A stretch of 64,000 bases of DNA from Ranitomeya imitator (GCF_032444005.1 NC_091285.1:661354001-661418000); one strand, 5' to 3'. Counted from the stretch's first letter, positions 24,295-37,154 are shown. Made by a program: numbers and translations. Notes: generated from the letters alone by a model not told the origin.

Positions 24295-25163
24295 TATGTC
24301 CTCTTTTCCTCATCTCACCCTACCCCTCCACTAGACCTATCCATCAATGTCAATGGCTGCTCACTCTCCCCAGTCCCGCATGCTCGGTGCCTCAGGGAGA
24401 TCCTCGACTCTGTCCTCTCTTTCAAGCCACATATCCAAGCCCTTGTTTCAAAATCAAAAATATTTCCGGGATCCGCGCGTTCCTCGACAACGAGTGCACG
24501 CCCTTATCATCTCCCGCCTTGACTACTGCAGCCTCCCACTCTCTGCTGCCCGACTAATCTACCTGTCTCCCTGCTATTCCCCAGCCTCTCCCCTATGCCA
24601 TGCCCTTCACTGGCTTCCTATCATCCAGAAGCTACAGTTCAAAACCCTTACTATGACATACAAAGCCATCCACAACCAGTTTCCTCCATACATCTGCGAC
24701 ACAGTCTCCCAGTACTTACCTACACGCAACCTTCGATCCTCACAAGATCTCCTTTCTACTCCCTTCTTATCTCTTCTTCCCACAACAGCATCCAAGACTT
24801 CACTTGTGCTTCCCCATACTCTGGAACTCTCCACCCCAACACATCAGACTCTCGCCTACCATTGAAACCTTCAAAAAGAACCTGAAGACCCACCTCTTCC
24901 GACAAGCCTACAGCCTGCAGAGATCCTCAACCTACTGAACTGCCGCACAACCAGCTCTACCCTCTCCTAGTGTATCCTCACCCATCCCCTGCAGACTGTG
25001 AGCCCTCGAGGGCAGGGTCCTCCCTCCTTCTGTACCTGTTAGTGCCTTGTTTTTTACTCATGTTTATTGTATTTGTCTATATTTGCCCCCTTTTCACATG
25101 TAAAGCATCATGGAATAAATTGCACTATAAAATGTATTATAATAATAATAATAATAATAATAA
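24295..25163 (+). mobile_element. 5'-truncated L2-clade LINE fragment
   Basis: HALIISRLDYC, LHWLPIIQ..QFK.L..TYKAIHN..P.YI, RNLRSSQDL; 3' end CAGACTGTGAGCCCTCGAGGGCAGGG and an (AAT)n tail at 25138-25163. Confidence 0.85.
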
Positions 25164-26089
25164 AGTCTTAATAATGAACCTATCAGTCTGGAATTTACAT
25201 GTTAACTGTGGAACTCTGAGGACATCCACCCTGCGTGTATGCGGAGGATAGATAAGCTGCATGAAATGTTGACGCGGGAAGACATTGAGAAAAGGCCCCG
25301 CAACATCTTGTATAATGTGACAAGTAGACAGAGTTAATGCTTTTCCAATATATTCTGCTTTATACTTTAGATTTTTTTTATTAAACTGATTTTAAAACAA
25401 GTTATCGACTCTTAAAATATTTCACTTTAGCTTTGACTAAGAGATTACACTTTGAAAATGGGGGTCCTTGTTTTAAACCGCTTTGGGGTACTGATAACTT
25501 AATTTACTTTAGTGTGCTAGCACTCCCGCAGGTAAAAAAAAGGATTACATTTCTTAGTCCTCCCTGTGCAAGTCTGTTAGGCTGGTTGAACTGAGTCAAA
25601 ATATCTGTTCTGGGGGAAATATGATATAATTTGCCATTTTTCAGAATACATTGTCTAACCCTTTGATAAGTGGCATTGAACTTGGCTGGAATTTACACTT
25701 AACTCCATAGACGTTTATATAAACATCTATAGAAGTAGGGCATGTTTAGTTATATGAGGTTGGTAGCTTCAGCCTAAAAAGGAAATTTTACTTTGCTCCA
25801 CAATCCATGAAGTTCAGCATTTTTTGTTAAGTCTATGTAAATGATGCCAAGTCTGTGCCAAACCTATTATGTCATAAGGCTGAAGATTTATTTTCCAGGC
25901 ACTTTCTCAGATTACAACCAGCTTGTTCTTTGGTTCTCCACTCTCCTCCCTTCTGCTCATATCCCTGTTAATCATTTTGAGCGCTCTATCGCTGTCTAAC
26001 AAACTTTCTGCTTCCTATTCAAAGTGAGACAATGTGCAGAGGGCCTACAATATACTCAATGGTGTGCAGGCAAAGCATGTTCTGATGAT

Positions 26090-26220
26090 GGCTTTGGAGA
26101 GGAAGGACAATACCAAGATATTGATGATGTCATTGAAAAGGAAGGACAGCATCTAGATAATTGATGATGTTGTTGAAGAGAAAAGACATGCCAAAGCACT
26201 ACCTAGATATTGATGACGTC
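26090..26220. repeat. Left part of a degenerate tandem array (CCTAGATATTGATGATGTCATTGAAGAGGAAGGAC-like) that resumes at 56399
   Basis: The same unit occurs at 56399-57470; joining 26220 to 56405 restores a normal unit. Confidence 0.75.
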
Positions 26221-26251
26221 TGTTATGTTTGCTAATGACAGGTGTTATTAA
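26221..26251 (-). repeat. Terminal 27 bp (+TTAA) of a split solo LTR
   Basis: TGTTATG start preceded by GACGTC; continues in the same orientation at 55646. Confidence 0.75.
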
Positions 26252-26784
26252 CCAAGAGGCTGTTTATTGCCAACAACTCCTTCAGGTTTGCTTTTTATCT
26301 GAGACTCCATAGCCTTGAAGTGACCCGTGTTATATTACGTTGTCTTCACTGACCCCAGACGGGATCCTCTGGGAATTATTGGAAGATCAGACTCACATCA
26401 CGTTGTCTCCACCTCTTCCTCATTGTGCAAGTGAAAAACGAAGCCATCGTAGAGGTCGAACACTGTCAGGGTCTTTTCTCACCCTGTTCTGGGGGAAAGC
26501 AGACACCAGGATACCTCTGTCCTCTGTCCCGCCGTCCCGCCATACCTTTAACACTTCGGTGCACCACGCCATTAAACTATCTATTTAGGTTCCCAAAATA
26601 GTCACATATCCCAGTTATGTGAAACATCTTAAATCAGGACCCTTGTCTGGTTGCCAAACCGACTGTTTGTCATTTGCAGTCTCCTCATCTTGGAGACTGT
26701 CTATAAATTATCCGAATACACAGAGATTATCCAGGTTATTGGCTAAACGGAGTGTGACAAGAAGAAGATCACATTGTGTCCTCT

Positions 26785-26992
26785 CATACAGGAAAGATAT
26801 ATATCTTGGTACCGTGTTAGCCAGTTGATAGAAAAATATTTAGAATTGAGAGTCCTCAGTGGTTGATACCTTTTAGTGGCTAACTGAAAAGATGGTAACA
26901 AATTGCAAGCTTTCGAGACTACACATGTCTCTTCATCAGGCATAGACAAAAAGAGATTCTGAAGAATCACATAGATATTCTAAATATTTTTC
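26785..26992 (-). mobile_element. Mini Penelope/retrozyme-like insertion (208 bp) carrying a hammerhead motif
   Basis: 13-bp direct repeats CATTGTGTCCTCT (26772-26784, 26993-27005); short inverted terminal segment. Confidence 0.65.
26904..26943 (-). ncRNA. Minimal type I hammerhead ribozyme motif
   Basis: Minus strand: AUGC-CUGAUGA-A-GAGAC(AUGUGUA)GUCUC-GAAA-GCUU-GCA; palindromic helix III (AAGCUU); short 3-bp helix I. Confidence 0.7.
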
Positions 26993-27731
26993 CATTGTGT
27001 CCTCTGGTAATTCAGGACATTGGTGTTAAAAGTCATTAGGAACCCTACAACAGTTTCGGACCACCGGTGGTTCTTTCTGGTGGTGGTGGTGGTGCTGGGG
27101 GTTTAGCAACTCCACCATAATCAGTACATTCCTGGTGCCTACACGTAAACATGGAGTAAAAACTGAAATTAGGGGCGGAATTTTCCCTACAACAGGCGAG
27201 AAATGTCTCATCATTTTTAACCGCACAATTCCTCACCGATCAGAACCTAAGTGAGAAGAGCTAAAGAGACCGTCAAGCGTGCGTGGTGACAATTCATTAA
27301 AAGTCTAGGGTACTAATGGAGAAAGTTGAGTACAACGCCAGACAGAAGTGGATTGCCAGACTAATATGGACATTTTCTTCTACATATTAGATGGAAATGA
27401 GCCAACAAATGATTGCTTGTTGTCAACTTAAAATATATCTCGGTCAGTATTGGATTTTTTTTCTGCTGATGATGCATCTAATTCTAATCATTGGTGGCAA
27501 AAATCTTACATGACCGACCAGTGTTGCAAATAATAATAACTGATCTATGGGCATTCATTGGTCAAAACGATAGTTTGTTATGGTCGTTAAGGCCAAATAT
27601 CATCTGATGATTATGGCCACCATAAGTGTTGGTCTAAGTTGTAGGTTGATACCGGAAGACGGGGGCATTGCCCACTCATTGTTCATCTGTTGGCAACAAG
27701 TGAAGTAGAGGTACAACAGTGGGAGTATAGG

Positions 27732-28602
27732 TGTAAGGGGTTGTAAAGTCCACCATCTCTCACTACCCCTCAAGTTACGTCACGGTTGTATTTATTGCTG
27801 CTGTATGTATATACATTGTATATCCATGTAATGTGTATGTGTAATGTTCTTGTACTGGTATGGTGAGTGTAGTACTCAAAGTTAGCCAGAAGATGGGATA
27901 CATTATAGGTGTAGTAATAGCGCTATAAATAGTTAAATAGGATGGGTACGGTGGATAAGGCAGGAAGGACTTCCTGATAGAGTCAGTTGGGGCTAGTGCG
28001 CCAGTGCAGCTCACTTGAGCTGGCGAGCCCCGGGCAACACCGTGCCACGCAACGTTGTAGAAGAATAAGGCCCAGCCATATAGCAACAGTGCTAGTGGTG
28101 CAGTATTAGTGGGTCTGCAGTTGGTAGAAGAGGCTAAGCAGAACGGGCAGGTCGCTCATCATGTGGCAGCTTATTGCATGGGCTACCGCCCTCACAACCA
28201 GGGCGAAACGGCTGAGGGAGTCCCCAAACGGAGTAGGGCTGAACACAGAGGGATCGAAAGGTACGGTCCGTCCCGGAAGCGAGCTTAGTGACAGAGAGAG
28301 AAGGACAGGGACAGAAAAGGAGTTGCACGTTGTGAAACTTGATGTGGATGCAGGAAAGAACTCGGATGTGCTGCGTAAACAACTAAGTAAAGTTGTTGTT
28401 GTTAAAGTTGAGCTGGACTGTGTCTCCCTTTGTGTGATGCTGTCGACAAGGAGCCTTCGGCAGCCCAGGGTGGACCCTCAGGGTGTAGAGACCTAAAACA
28501 CCAGTAGGCAGAAAGAAAGGCTGTATTGTAATGTGAGGGGAGGCCAGGGTGTGATACAGGGTTTGCTCTCAGCCATGACTACCACCCTGGCTCACCCTTA
28601 CA
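27732..28602. mobile_element. Solo LTR, 871 bp
   Basis: TGTAAGGG...CCCTTACA inverted termini; perfect 4-bp TSD TAGG. Confidence 0.85.
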
Positions 28603-28779
28603 TAGGATATAGTGGTTGAAGATTTTGGAGGGTGAGGGTCAGGTGGTGATATGTTATGACCATGTCAAGTTTTCCAATAAGTCATACTTTCAGAGTTGGG
28701 CTACTACAGATTCAATGTGAATGTGAAGCAGAACAACTTTCTCCTAAAAATGCCTTGTTACTGGCCATACCCGTTTCAC

Positions 28780-28990
28780 ATCTTCTCCACACTTTATTTC
28801 CCACCACCAGAATATGACATTAAGGACAAGAAACCTGCCTTACACAACTGCTTCCAGGAGGTGTCCAAAGGCTTAGATGTCAGTATGGCAAAATTCCTAT
28901 CAATTCCAGGGGTTTGGGTGGTCTCCCAGAATTCCTGCAGCCTCTGTGCGGTTTGGGAGAGTTGGCAAGTATGCAATAGGTTGGAGAGCT
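28780..28990 (-). pseudogene. Degenerate L1 ORF2 C-terminal remnant
   Basis: QRLQEFWETTQ resembles the L1 post-zinc-finger motif; stops and indels present. Confidence 0.3.
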
Positions 28991-29062
28991 ACAAACACCA
29001 CTGAAGATCCCTTGGTATATAGTTTGGCCTGGACAGTTCTGAAAGTCAGTAAAAAGGTATAG

Positions 29063-29872
29063 TGTTATGAAAGGTAATTCAGTACCACAATAGACATAGA
29101 GGTCAGCGCACATACAGTGACCTGGCAATAACCCAAAAAACAAGAACGAGCTCTGGGACGTGGGAACTCTGTTGACCGCAATCCCTAATCCTCTCCAACC
29201 ACACTAAAGGCAGCCGTGGATTGCGCCTAACGCTTCCTATGCAACTCGGCACGGCCTGAGAAACTAGCTAGCCTGAAGATAGAAAATAAGCCTACCTTGC
29301 CTCAGAGACATACCCCAAAGGAAAAGGCAGCCCCCACATATAATGACTGTGAGTTAAGATGAAAAGACAAACGTAGAGATGAAATAGATTTAGCAAAGTG
29401 AGGCCCAACTTTCTGAACAGAGCGAGGATAGGAAAGGTAACTTTGCGGTCAACACAAAACCCTACAAAAACCACGCAAAGGGGGCAAAAAGACCCTCCGT
29501 ACCGAACTAACGGCACGGAGGTACACCCTCTGCCTCCTAGAGCTTCCAGCAAGCAGTAAAAAACAAATTGACAAGCTAGACAGAAAAAATCAGCAAACAA
29601 ATAGCAAGAGGAACTTAGCTATGCAGGGCAGCAGGCCACAGGAACGATCCAGGAGGAAACAGGTCCAATACTAGAACATTGACTGGAGGCCAGGATCAAA
29701 GCACTAGGTGGAGTTAAATAGAGCAGCACCTAACGACTTCACCACATCACCTGAGGAAGGAAACTCAGAAGCCGCAGTACCACTTTCCTCCACCAACGGA
29801 AGCTCACAGAGAGAACCAGCCGAAGTACCACTTGTGACCACAGGAGGTAGCTCTGCCACAGAATTCACAACA
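29063..29872 (-). mobile_element. Solo LTR (810 bp) of the same family as the 32821-42997 element
   Basis: Reverse-complement homology to 32821-33643; perfect 6-bp TSD GTATAG (29057-29062, 29873-29878). Confidence 0.95.
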
Positions 29873-30309
29873 GTATAGTGATTATCTTGACTTAAAGGGA
29901 TTCTCCAAGACTGTAATAAAATGGCTCCCATCGCATAATTCAAATGTTAGCTTGGCCTAGTCAGATGTCAATAAAGGCTTCAGTGTCAATAACCAACACA
30001 CCTATGACCTATTTCTCAATGAACAGAGGAGCTGTATTGTAAGCACACATACCTCTGAGGTGCCAGGAAAGGTCTGTGACAGAGAACAAATCTTCTTCTC
30101 CCTGAATCAGTACTAAATTTTTTTCTCCAGCCTCAGACCTCTCTGCACAGCGAGCCTGGCAGAAGATTTATTTCTTCTCCTGTCTCAACCCTTCTCCAGC
30201 ACCTCACCAGAATGTGTGCTGGGCTCTAGCTCCTCTGTCAGTTGAGGCATAGTTCTCATTAGCAGTGATTTTTCAGACTGTAGCCTTGCCTGACACATTA
30301 CTAGGACAG

Positions 30310-30930
30310 ACTGCTTTTTGAATTATGGGATGGGTGGCTATTTTATCACATTCTTAGAGAACCCCATTTAAATTGTGCAGAGTCGGAATAAGGTCACAGC
30401 CATTCTTCCAGTATTGTAGTATTAACAATATTGTTTTTGGACCCTGTCTGTATCCATTTATGGTCTTGCTCTCACCACTCAACAACCCTTCCTCATATAG
30501 AATCTAAATGAGTTTCACTCCCATAATTCCACCACTCGTTTGCATGTCAAAGCTCTAGACATGACATTATCGATATAATGACCTGGTTTCTGCATGTTTT
30601 CTTTTACCACATGACTGTGTAGACGCATTTCAGGCTTCTAATTATGGACATACTCGGTATCACTGTAGAGCAGCGCTGCTTCCTGTGTTGAGTGTGTACT
30701 CCTTGGGGATCTACGAGGACACCGGGTCATATTCTTCTCAGGCTTCTCTATTCTCTACCAGAACACAAACAAAACAAAAAATGTCCTTTTGTGAATAATG
30801 TTTACCCACCGAGAGATGAATTCTCTATAATTTAGACATAATGTCAAGATCTCATTAATTGCTTCTTTCACTCAGCATCGGGTGTCCTTGCGTTCCCAGA
30901 ACAGTGTCCATTTTTTCTAGAAACCGCGAA
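30310..30930 (-). pseudogene. Degenerate L1 ORF2 C-terminal remnant
   Basis: TLFWE....C*VKEAINEIL and PKTILLILQYWK resemble L1 C-terminal motifs; broken frames. Confidence 0.3.
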
Positions 30931-31309
30931 GTGACGTGGCGTAGCCTACTATGAATCATAGTCATATAGAAATTCCTAACAATCAATGGATCATAATCGT
31001 ATGAACACTTGATAATATAGCTTAGTGCCTCATGGTAAATCCCATCACTTAAAGGGGTTGTCCACTCTATATCAGCATGATGCAGGGGCAGAAACCCTGA
31101 TTCCAGCAATGTCAACTACTTGGCTGCTTACTGTAGTTTTGATAATATCACTGTTTTATCAGCAGGATATTATCATTGCAGGACTAATAAACCTGCTGTT
31201 ATGTAATTCTGAAGATGACTGGTTTCTAAGGGGGCCAACATTTCACACAGGTACAGTAATATCCCAATAATACTACTATGTAGTACTCATACTGCTATAT
31301 ACTTTCTGC

Positions 31310-31798
31310 TGTCATGATTCCTCCCTTCAGTGTGTCTTGTACGCAGTGAGCGACAGCTCAGTTGTCCACTCAAGTGCAGGGGTGAACTACGCTGTCCGTA
31401 TTTTGATAGAAAACTCAGCCGTTCAATCTGAGACTCGAAGGTGCTGAGCTTCCTTCAGGTGTTCCCTGTTCTAAGTGATGAGCCATCTACCTTGCTACGC
31501 TGTCAGTTCCAGATCTCTGCCAATTGTAGCATTTGCTCAGAGGTGCACGTTTGCCTTGTTTTCCTGTGCTCTGTTTGTTGGTCTATTGCTGCCTGACCTT
31601 GGACCTCGTTCTGACCATCCATTTGCCTAGCCCCTTTGCTTTGATCCGCTATCTTCCTGGTATTCTGCCCTCGGACAATGACTTGACTATGCTTTTGTTT
31701 TTCCCCTTTAGTCTATGACATGCTCTCTTGGTATCTGACCCCAGAACGTTTGATTACCTTGTCTTATGGCATGTCTGTGAGTAGTGACTAGCGTCACA
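31310..31798 (+). mobile_element. Solo LTR-like element related to 62275-62743
   Basis: TGTCATGA...GTCACA termini; shares reverse-complement segments with 62275-62743; no TSD. Confidence 0.5.
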
Positions 31799-32820
31799 CC
31801 CACACGACACTTAATTCAATACCTAAATTGAAAATGCTATAGAGAGTCTAAACAACTGCCATACATAGCCTAAATAGTACTCAAATACAATATCCACATG
31901 GTAATGACCCAAATAATACAGTCATACATTGGATAAATATTACCTCCATATATTATTCAAATACTACTATACTGCCATATATAATCCATATAATACTACC
32001 ATTCCATATGCAAATAAAACTGCCACACAATATATTTAGGTTGTATTTTGAAATCTGGTGACAGATGCTGCTTTAAGGTAAAAATGATTAGCTTAATGAT
32101 AAAGTTCATGATTATCCAAGGTTTATATTATGAGGATCCAGTCCATGGGTGCCCCTAAGGAGATAGCGGCTGCACCCAGGCCCTGATTCTTGTGGGGGCC
32201 CACATTGCATACATGTACAATACAATATCCAAATTCTACTACTATATAGTACTCATACTGCCATATATTTCCAATACAATACTTCATTAAGAGACTAATT
32301 AATACTGTTATACAGCATCTAAATAACTGGCTCACAATGCCTAAATAATAATCCCATACAGTATGCACATAATATAATGCATATTCCGCCCAATAAATGT
32401 CGCCATACACTATTCAAATAATGCTACTAGTAGTAGAGTCCCATAAAGTGCTGCCATTCAATGCTCATATACAACACTGCTATTCAGTGTACATATAAAT
32501 CCGTCAGATATGTACACATCTATGTTTCTCAGACCAGAAAGCACGGACTAGTCACGGGTCTTCTTACTTGACTCATAACCTTATATGAGGCCGTGGTTTC
32601 AGGTAAGGAGACCCATGACTGTTCCACGCATGAGGCTGTTGAGTTCGGATTATGAGATCCGTGGCAGGTCCGTGCATTGTGGCCTATAATCGGAAGTAGG
32701 AGTCTGACTTTAAAGAGGACCTGTCACTAGAAAAAAAAGTGGCTAGTTCTTAATCTTATTTCATTCCCACTGGTCCCCTGAGTATTTTGCTTTAAAAAAA
32801 AAAAAAAATCCGTCATACAG

Positions 32821-33643
32821 TGTTGTGAATTCTGTGGCAGAGCTCCCTCCTGTGGTCACAAGTGGTACTTCGGCTGATTCTGTCTATGAGCTTCCGTTGG
32901 TGGATGTGAGTGGTACTGCGGCTTCTGAGTTTCCTTCCTCAGGTGATGTGGTGAAGTCGTTAGGTGCTGCTCTATTTAACTCCACCTAGTGCTTTGCTCC
33001 TGGCCTCCAGTCAATGTTCTAGTATTGGTCTTGCTTCCTCCTGGATCGTTCCTGTGGCCTGTCTGCTCTGCATTAGCTAAGTTTTGCTTGTGTTATTTTT
33101 GTTTGCTATTTTTTCTGTCCAGCTTGCTTTGTTGGTTTTTCTTGCTTGCTGGAAGCTCTGGGACGCAGAGGGAGCACCTCCGTACCGTTAGTCGGTGCGG
33201 AGGGTCTTGTTGCCCCCTCTGCGTGGTTGTTTGTAGGGTTTTGTGTTTACCGCAAAGCAATCTTTCCTATCCTCGGTCTGTTCAGTAAGTGGGGCCTCAC
33301 TTTGCTAAATCTATTTCATATCTGCGTTTTTATTTTCATCTCAACTCACAGTCATTATATGTGGGGGGCTGCCTTTTCCTTTGGGGGGATCTCTCTGAGG
33401 CAAGGTAGGCTTATTTTTCTATCTTCAGGGCTAGCTAGTTTCTCACTCTGTGCTCGAGGCGCATAGGTCTGGTCAGGAGCGCTCCACGGCTACCTTTAGT
33501 GTGGTTGGATAGGATTAGGGATTGCGGTCAGCAGAGTTCCCACGTCTCAGAGCTCGTCCTATGTTTTTTGGTAATTGTCAGGTCACTTTGTGTGCTCTGA
33601 ACTTTCCATGTCCATTGTGGTTCTGAATTACCTGTTCATAACA
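32821..33643 (+). repeat. 5' LTR (823 bp)
   Basis: TGTTGTG...CATAACA; TATA-like TATTTAA at 32973-32979. Confidence 0.97.
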
Positions 33644-33645
33644 GT

Positions 33646-33655
33646 ACTGGAGGCC
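33646..33655 (+). promoter_or_regulatory. Self-priming-type PBS (ACTGGAGGCC)
   Basis: Perfect reverse complement of LTR 33002-33011, 29 nt downstream of the TATA-like box; no TGG tRNA-type PBS. Confidence 0.8.
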
Positions 33656-33780
33656 CAAAGTACTAATGCTTCTCAATAGAGGGAAAAAAGAAGTTCTGAG
33701 ACCATTTTTTTTTTCTTTGCACTGTGTTTTGCCTTTTTTTTCCCCTAGACATTTGGGTGGTTCAGGACACAGGTGTAGTG

Positions 33781-36700
33781 ATGGACATTAAAGGTCTGTC
33801 TTCATGTGTGGATCATCTCACTGCAAGAGTACAAAATATTCAAGACTTTGTGGTTCAGAATTCTATGTTAGAACCAAGAATTCCTATTCCTGATTTGTTT
33901 TCTGGAGATAGAGCTAAATTTCTGAGTTTCAAAAATAATTGTAAACTGTTTCTGGCTTTGAAACCTCGCTCCTCTGGTGACCCAGTTCAACAAGTTAGGA
34001 TTATTATTTCTTTATTACGTGGCGACCCTCAAGACTGGGCATTTTCCCTTGCACCAGGAGATCTTGCATTATGTAATATTGATGCGTTTTTTCTGGCGCT
34101 CGGATTGCTGTACGATGAACCTAATTCGGTGGATCAGGCAGAGAAAAATTTGCTGGCTCTGTGTCAGGGTCAGGATGAGATAGAGATTTATTGTCAGAAG
34201 TTTAGAAAGTGGTCTGTGCTCACTCAATGGAATGAAGGTGCGCTGGCAGCTATTTTCAGAATGGGTCTCTCTGAAGCCCTTAAGGATGTCATGGTGGGAT
34301 TTCCTATGCCTGCTGGTCTGAATGAGTCTATGTCTTTGGCCATTCAGATCGGTCGACGCTTGCGTGAGCGTAAATCTGTGCACCATTTGGCGGTATTATC
34401 CGAGCATAAACCTGAGCCTATGCAGTGCGATAGGACTTTGACCAGAGTTGAACGGCAAAAACACAGACGTCAGAATGGGCTGTGTTTCTACTGTGGTGAT
34501 TCCACTCATGCTATCTCTGATTGTCCTAAGCGCACTAAGCGGTTCGCTAGGTCTGCCACCATTGGTACGGTACAGTCAAAATTTCTTTTGTCCGTTACTT
34601 TGATCTGCTCTTTGTCATCTTATTCTGTCATGGCATATGTGGATTCAGGCGCTGCCCTGAATTTGATGGACTTGGAGTATGCTAGGCGTTGTGGGTTTTT
34701 CTTGGAGCCCTTGCAGTGTCCTATTCCATTGAGAGGAATTGATGCTACGCCTTTGGCCAAGAATAAGCCTCAGTACTGGACCCAGCTGACCATGTGCATG
34801 GCTCCTGCACATCAGGAGGATATTCGCTTTCTGGTGTTGCATAATCTGCATGATGTGGTCGTGTTGGGGTTGCCATGGCTACAAGTCCATAACCCAGTAT
34901 TAGATTGGAAATCTATGTCTGTGTCCAGCTGGGGTTGTCAGGGGGTACATGGTGATGTCCCATTTCTGTCTATTTCGTCATCCACCCCTTCTGAGGTCCC
35001 AGAGTTCTTGTCTGATTACCGGGATGTATTTGATGAGCCCAAGTCCAATGCCCTACCTCCGCATAGGGATTGTGATTGTGCTATCGATTTGATTCCTGGT
35101 AGTAAGTTTCCTAAAGGTCGACTGTTTAATTTATCTGTGCCTGAGCATGCCGCTATGCGGAGTTACGTGAAGGAGTCCTTGGAGAAGGGTCATATTCGCC
35201 CGTCATCATCGCCATTGGGAACGGGGTTCTTTTTTGTGGCCAAGAAGGATGGTTCGCTGAGACCTTGTATAGATTACCGCCTTCTAAATAAAATCACGGT
35301 CAAATTTCAGTACCCCTTGCCGCTGCTATCTGATTTGTTTGCTCGGATCAAGGGGGCTAGTTGGTTCACCAAGATAGATCTTCGTGGTGCGTATAATCTT
35401 GTGCGTATTAAGCGGGGCGATGAATGGAAAACTGCATTTAATACGCCCAAGGGCCATTTTGAGTACCTAGTTATGCCATTCGGACTTGCCAATGCTCCAT
35501 CGGTGTTTCAGTCCTTTATGCATGACATCTTCCGAGAGTACCTGGATAAATTCCTGATTGTATACTTGGATGATATTTTGGTCTTCTCGGATGATTGGGA
35601 GTCTCATATGAAGCCGGTCAGAATGGTGTTCCAGGTCCTGCGTGCTAATTCTTTGTTTGTGAAGGGATCAAAGTGTCTCTTTGGTGTTCAGAAGGTTTCA
35701 TTTTTGGGGTTCATTTTTTCCCCTTCTACTATCGAGATGGACCCTGTTAAGGTCCAGGCCATCTATGATTGGACTCAGCCGACATCTCTGAAGAGTCTGC
35801 AAAAGTTCCTGGGCTTTGCTAATTTTTATCGTCGCTTCATCTGTAATTTTTCTAGTATTGCTAAACCATTGACCGATTTGACCAAGAAGGGTGCTGATGT
35901 GGTCAATTGGACTTCTGCTGCTGTGGAAGCTTTTCAAGAGTTAAAGTGTCGTTTTTCTTCTGCCCCTGTGTTGTGTCAACCAGATGTTTCGCATCCGTTC
36001 CAGGTCGAGGTTGATGCTTCTGAAATTGGAGCGGGGGCTGTTTTGCCGCAAAGAGGTTCTGATTGCTCGGTGATGAAGCCATGCGCCTTCTTTTCCAGGA
36101 AATTTTCGCCTGCTGAGCAAAATTATGATGTTGGCGATCGAGAGTTGCTGGCCATGAAGTGGGCATTCGAGGAGTGGCGTCATTGGCTTGAAGGAGCTAA
36201 GCATTGCGTGGTGGTCTTGACTGATCACAAGAACTTGACTTATCTCGAGTCTGCCAAACGGTTGAATCCTAGACAGGCTCGTTGGTCGCTGTTTTTCTCC
36301 CGTTTTGACTTTGTGGTTTCGTACCTTCCGGGCTCTAAAAATGTGAAGGCGGATGCCCTGTCTAGGAGTTTTGTGCCCGACTCTCCGGGTTTGTCTGAGC
36401 CGGCGGGTATTCTCAAAGAGGGAGTAATTTTGTCTGACATCTCCCCTGATTTGCGGCGGGTGCTGCAAAAATTTCAGGCTAATAAACCTGATCGTTGCCC
36501 AGCAGAGAAACTGTTTGTCCCTGATAGGTGGACGAATAAAGTTATCTCTGAGGTTCATTGTTCGGTGTTGGCTGGTCATCCTGGAATCTTTGGTACCAGA
36601 GATTTAGTGGCTAGATCCTTTTGGTGGCCGTCTCTGTCGCGGGATGTGCGTTCTTTTGTGCAGTCCTGTGGGATTTGTGCTCGGGCTAAGCCCTGCTGTT

Positions 36701-37154
36701 CTCGTGCCAGTGGGTTGCTTTTGCCCTTGCCGGTCCCGAAGAGGCCTTGGACACATATCTCTATGGATTTTATTTCGGATCTCCCCGTCTCTCAAAAAAT
36801 GTCGGTCATTTGGGTGGTTTGTGATCGCTTCTCTAAGATGATCCATTTGGTACCCTTGTCTAAATTACCTTCCTCCTCTGATTTGGTGCCATTGTTCTTC
36901 CAGCATGTGGTTCGTTTACATGGCATTCCAGAGAACATCGTTTCTGACAGAGGTTCCCAGTTTGTTTCGAGGTTTTGGCGAGCCTTTTGTGCTAGGATGG
37001 GCATTGATTTGTCTTTTTCCTCGGCTTTCCATCCTCAGACAAATGGCCAGACCGAACGAACCAATCAGACCTTGGAAACATATCTGAGATGCTTTGTTTC
37101 TGCTGATCAGGATGATTGGGTGTCCTTCTTGCCTTTGGCTGAGTTCGCCCTTAA
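33781..37154 (+). CDS. pol: Gag-Pol polyprotein, 5' part (gag, CCHC, protease, RT, RNase H, most of integrase)
   Basis: CFYCGDSTHAISDC, YVDSGA, YLDDIL, TDHKNL, H..GHPG..C..C and integrase core; first ATG at 33781; frame open to the TTAA insertion point. Confidence 0.95.

Noticed and set aside
25205-25345. CpG-containing, exon-like stretch
   Set aside because: No convincing splice-site pair or recognisable peptide in any of the six frames.
30855-31115. 86-aa minus-strand ORF with protein-like composition
   Set aside because: Its start lies in a T2 MITE remnant and the rest overlaps decayed L1-like sequence; no family recognised.
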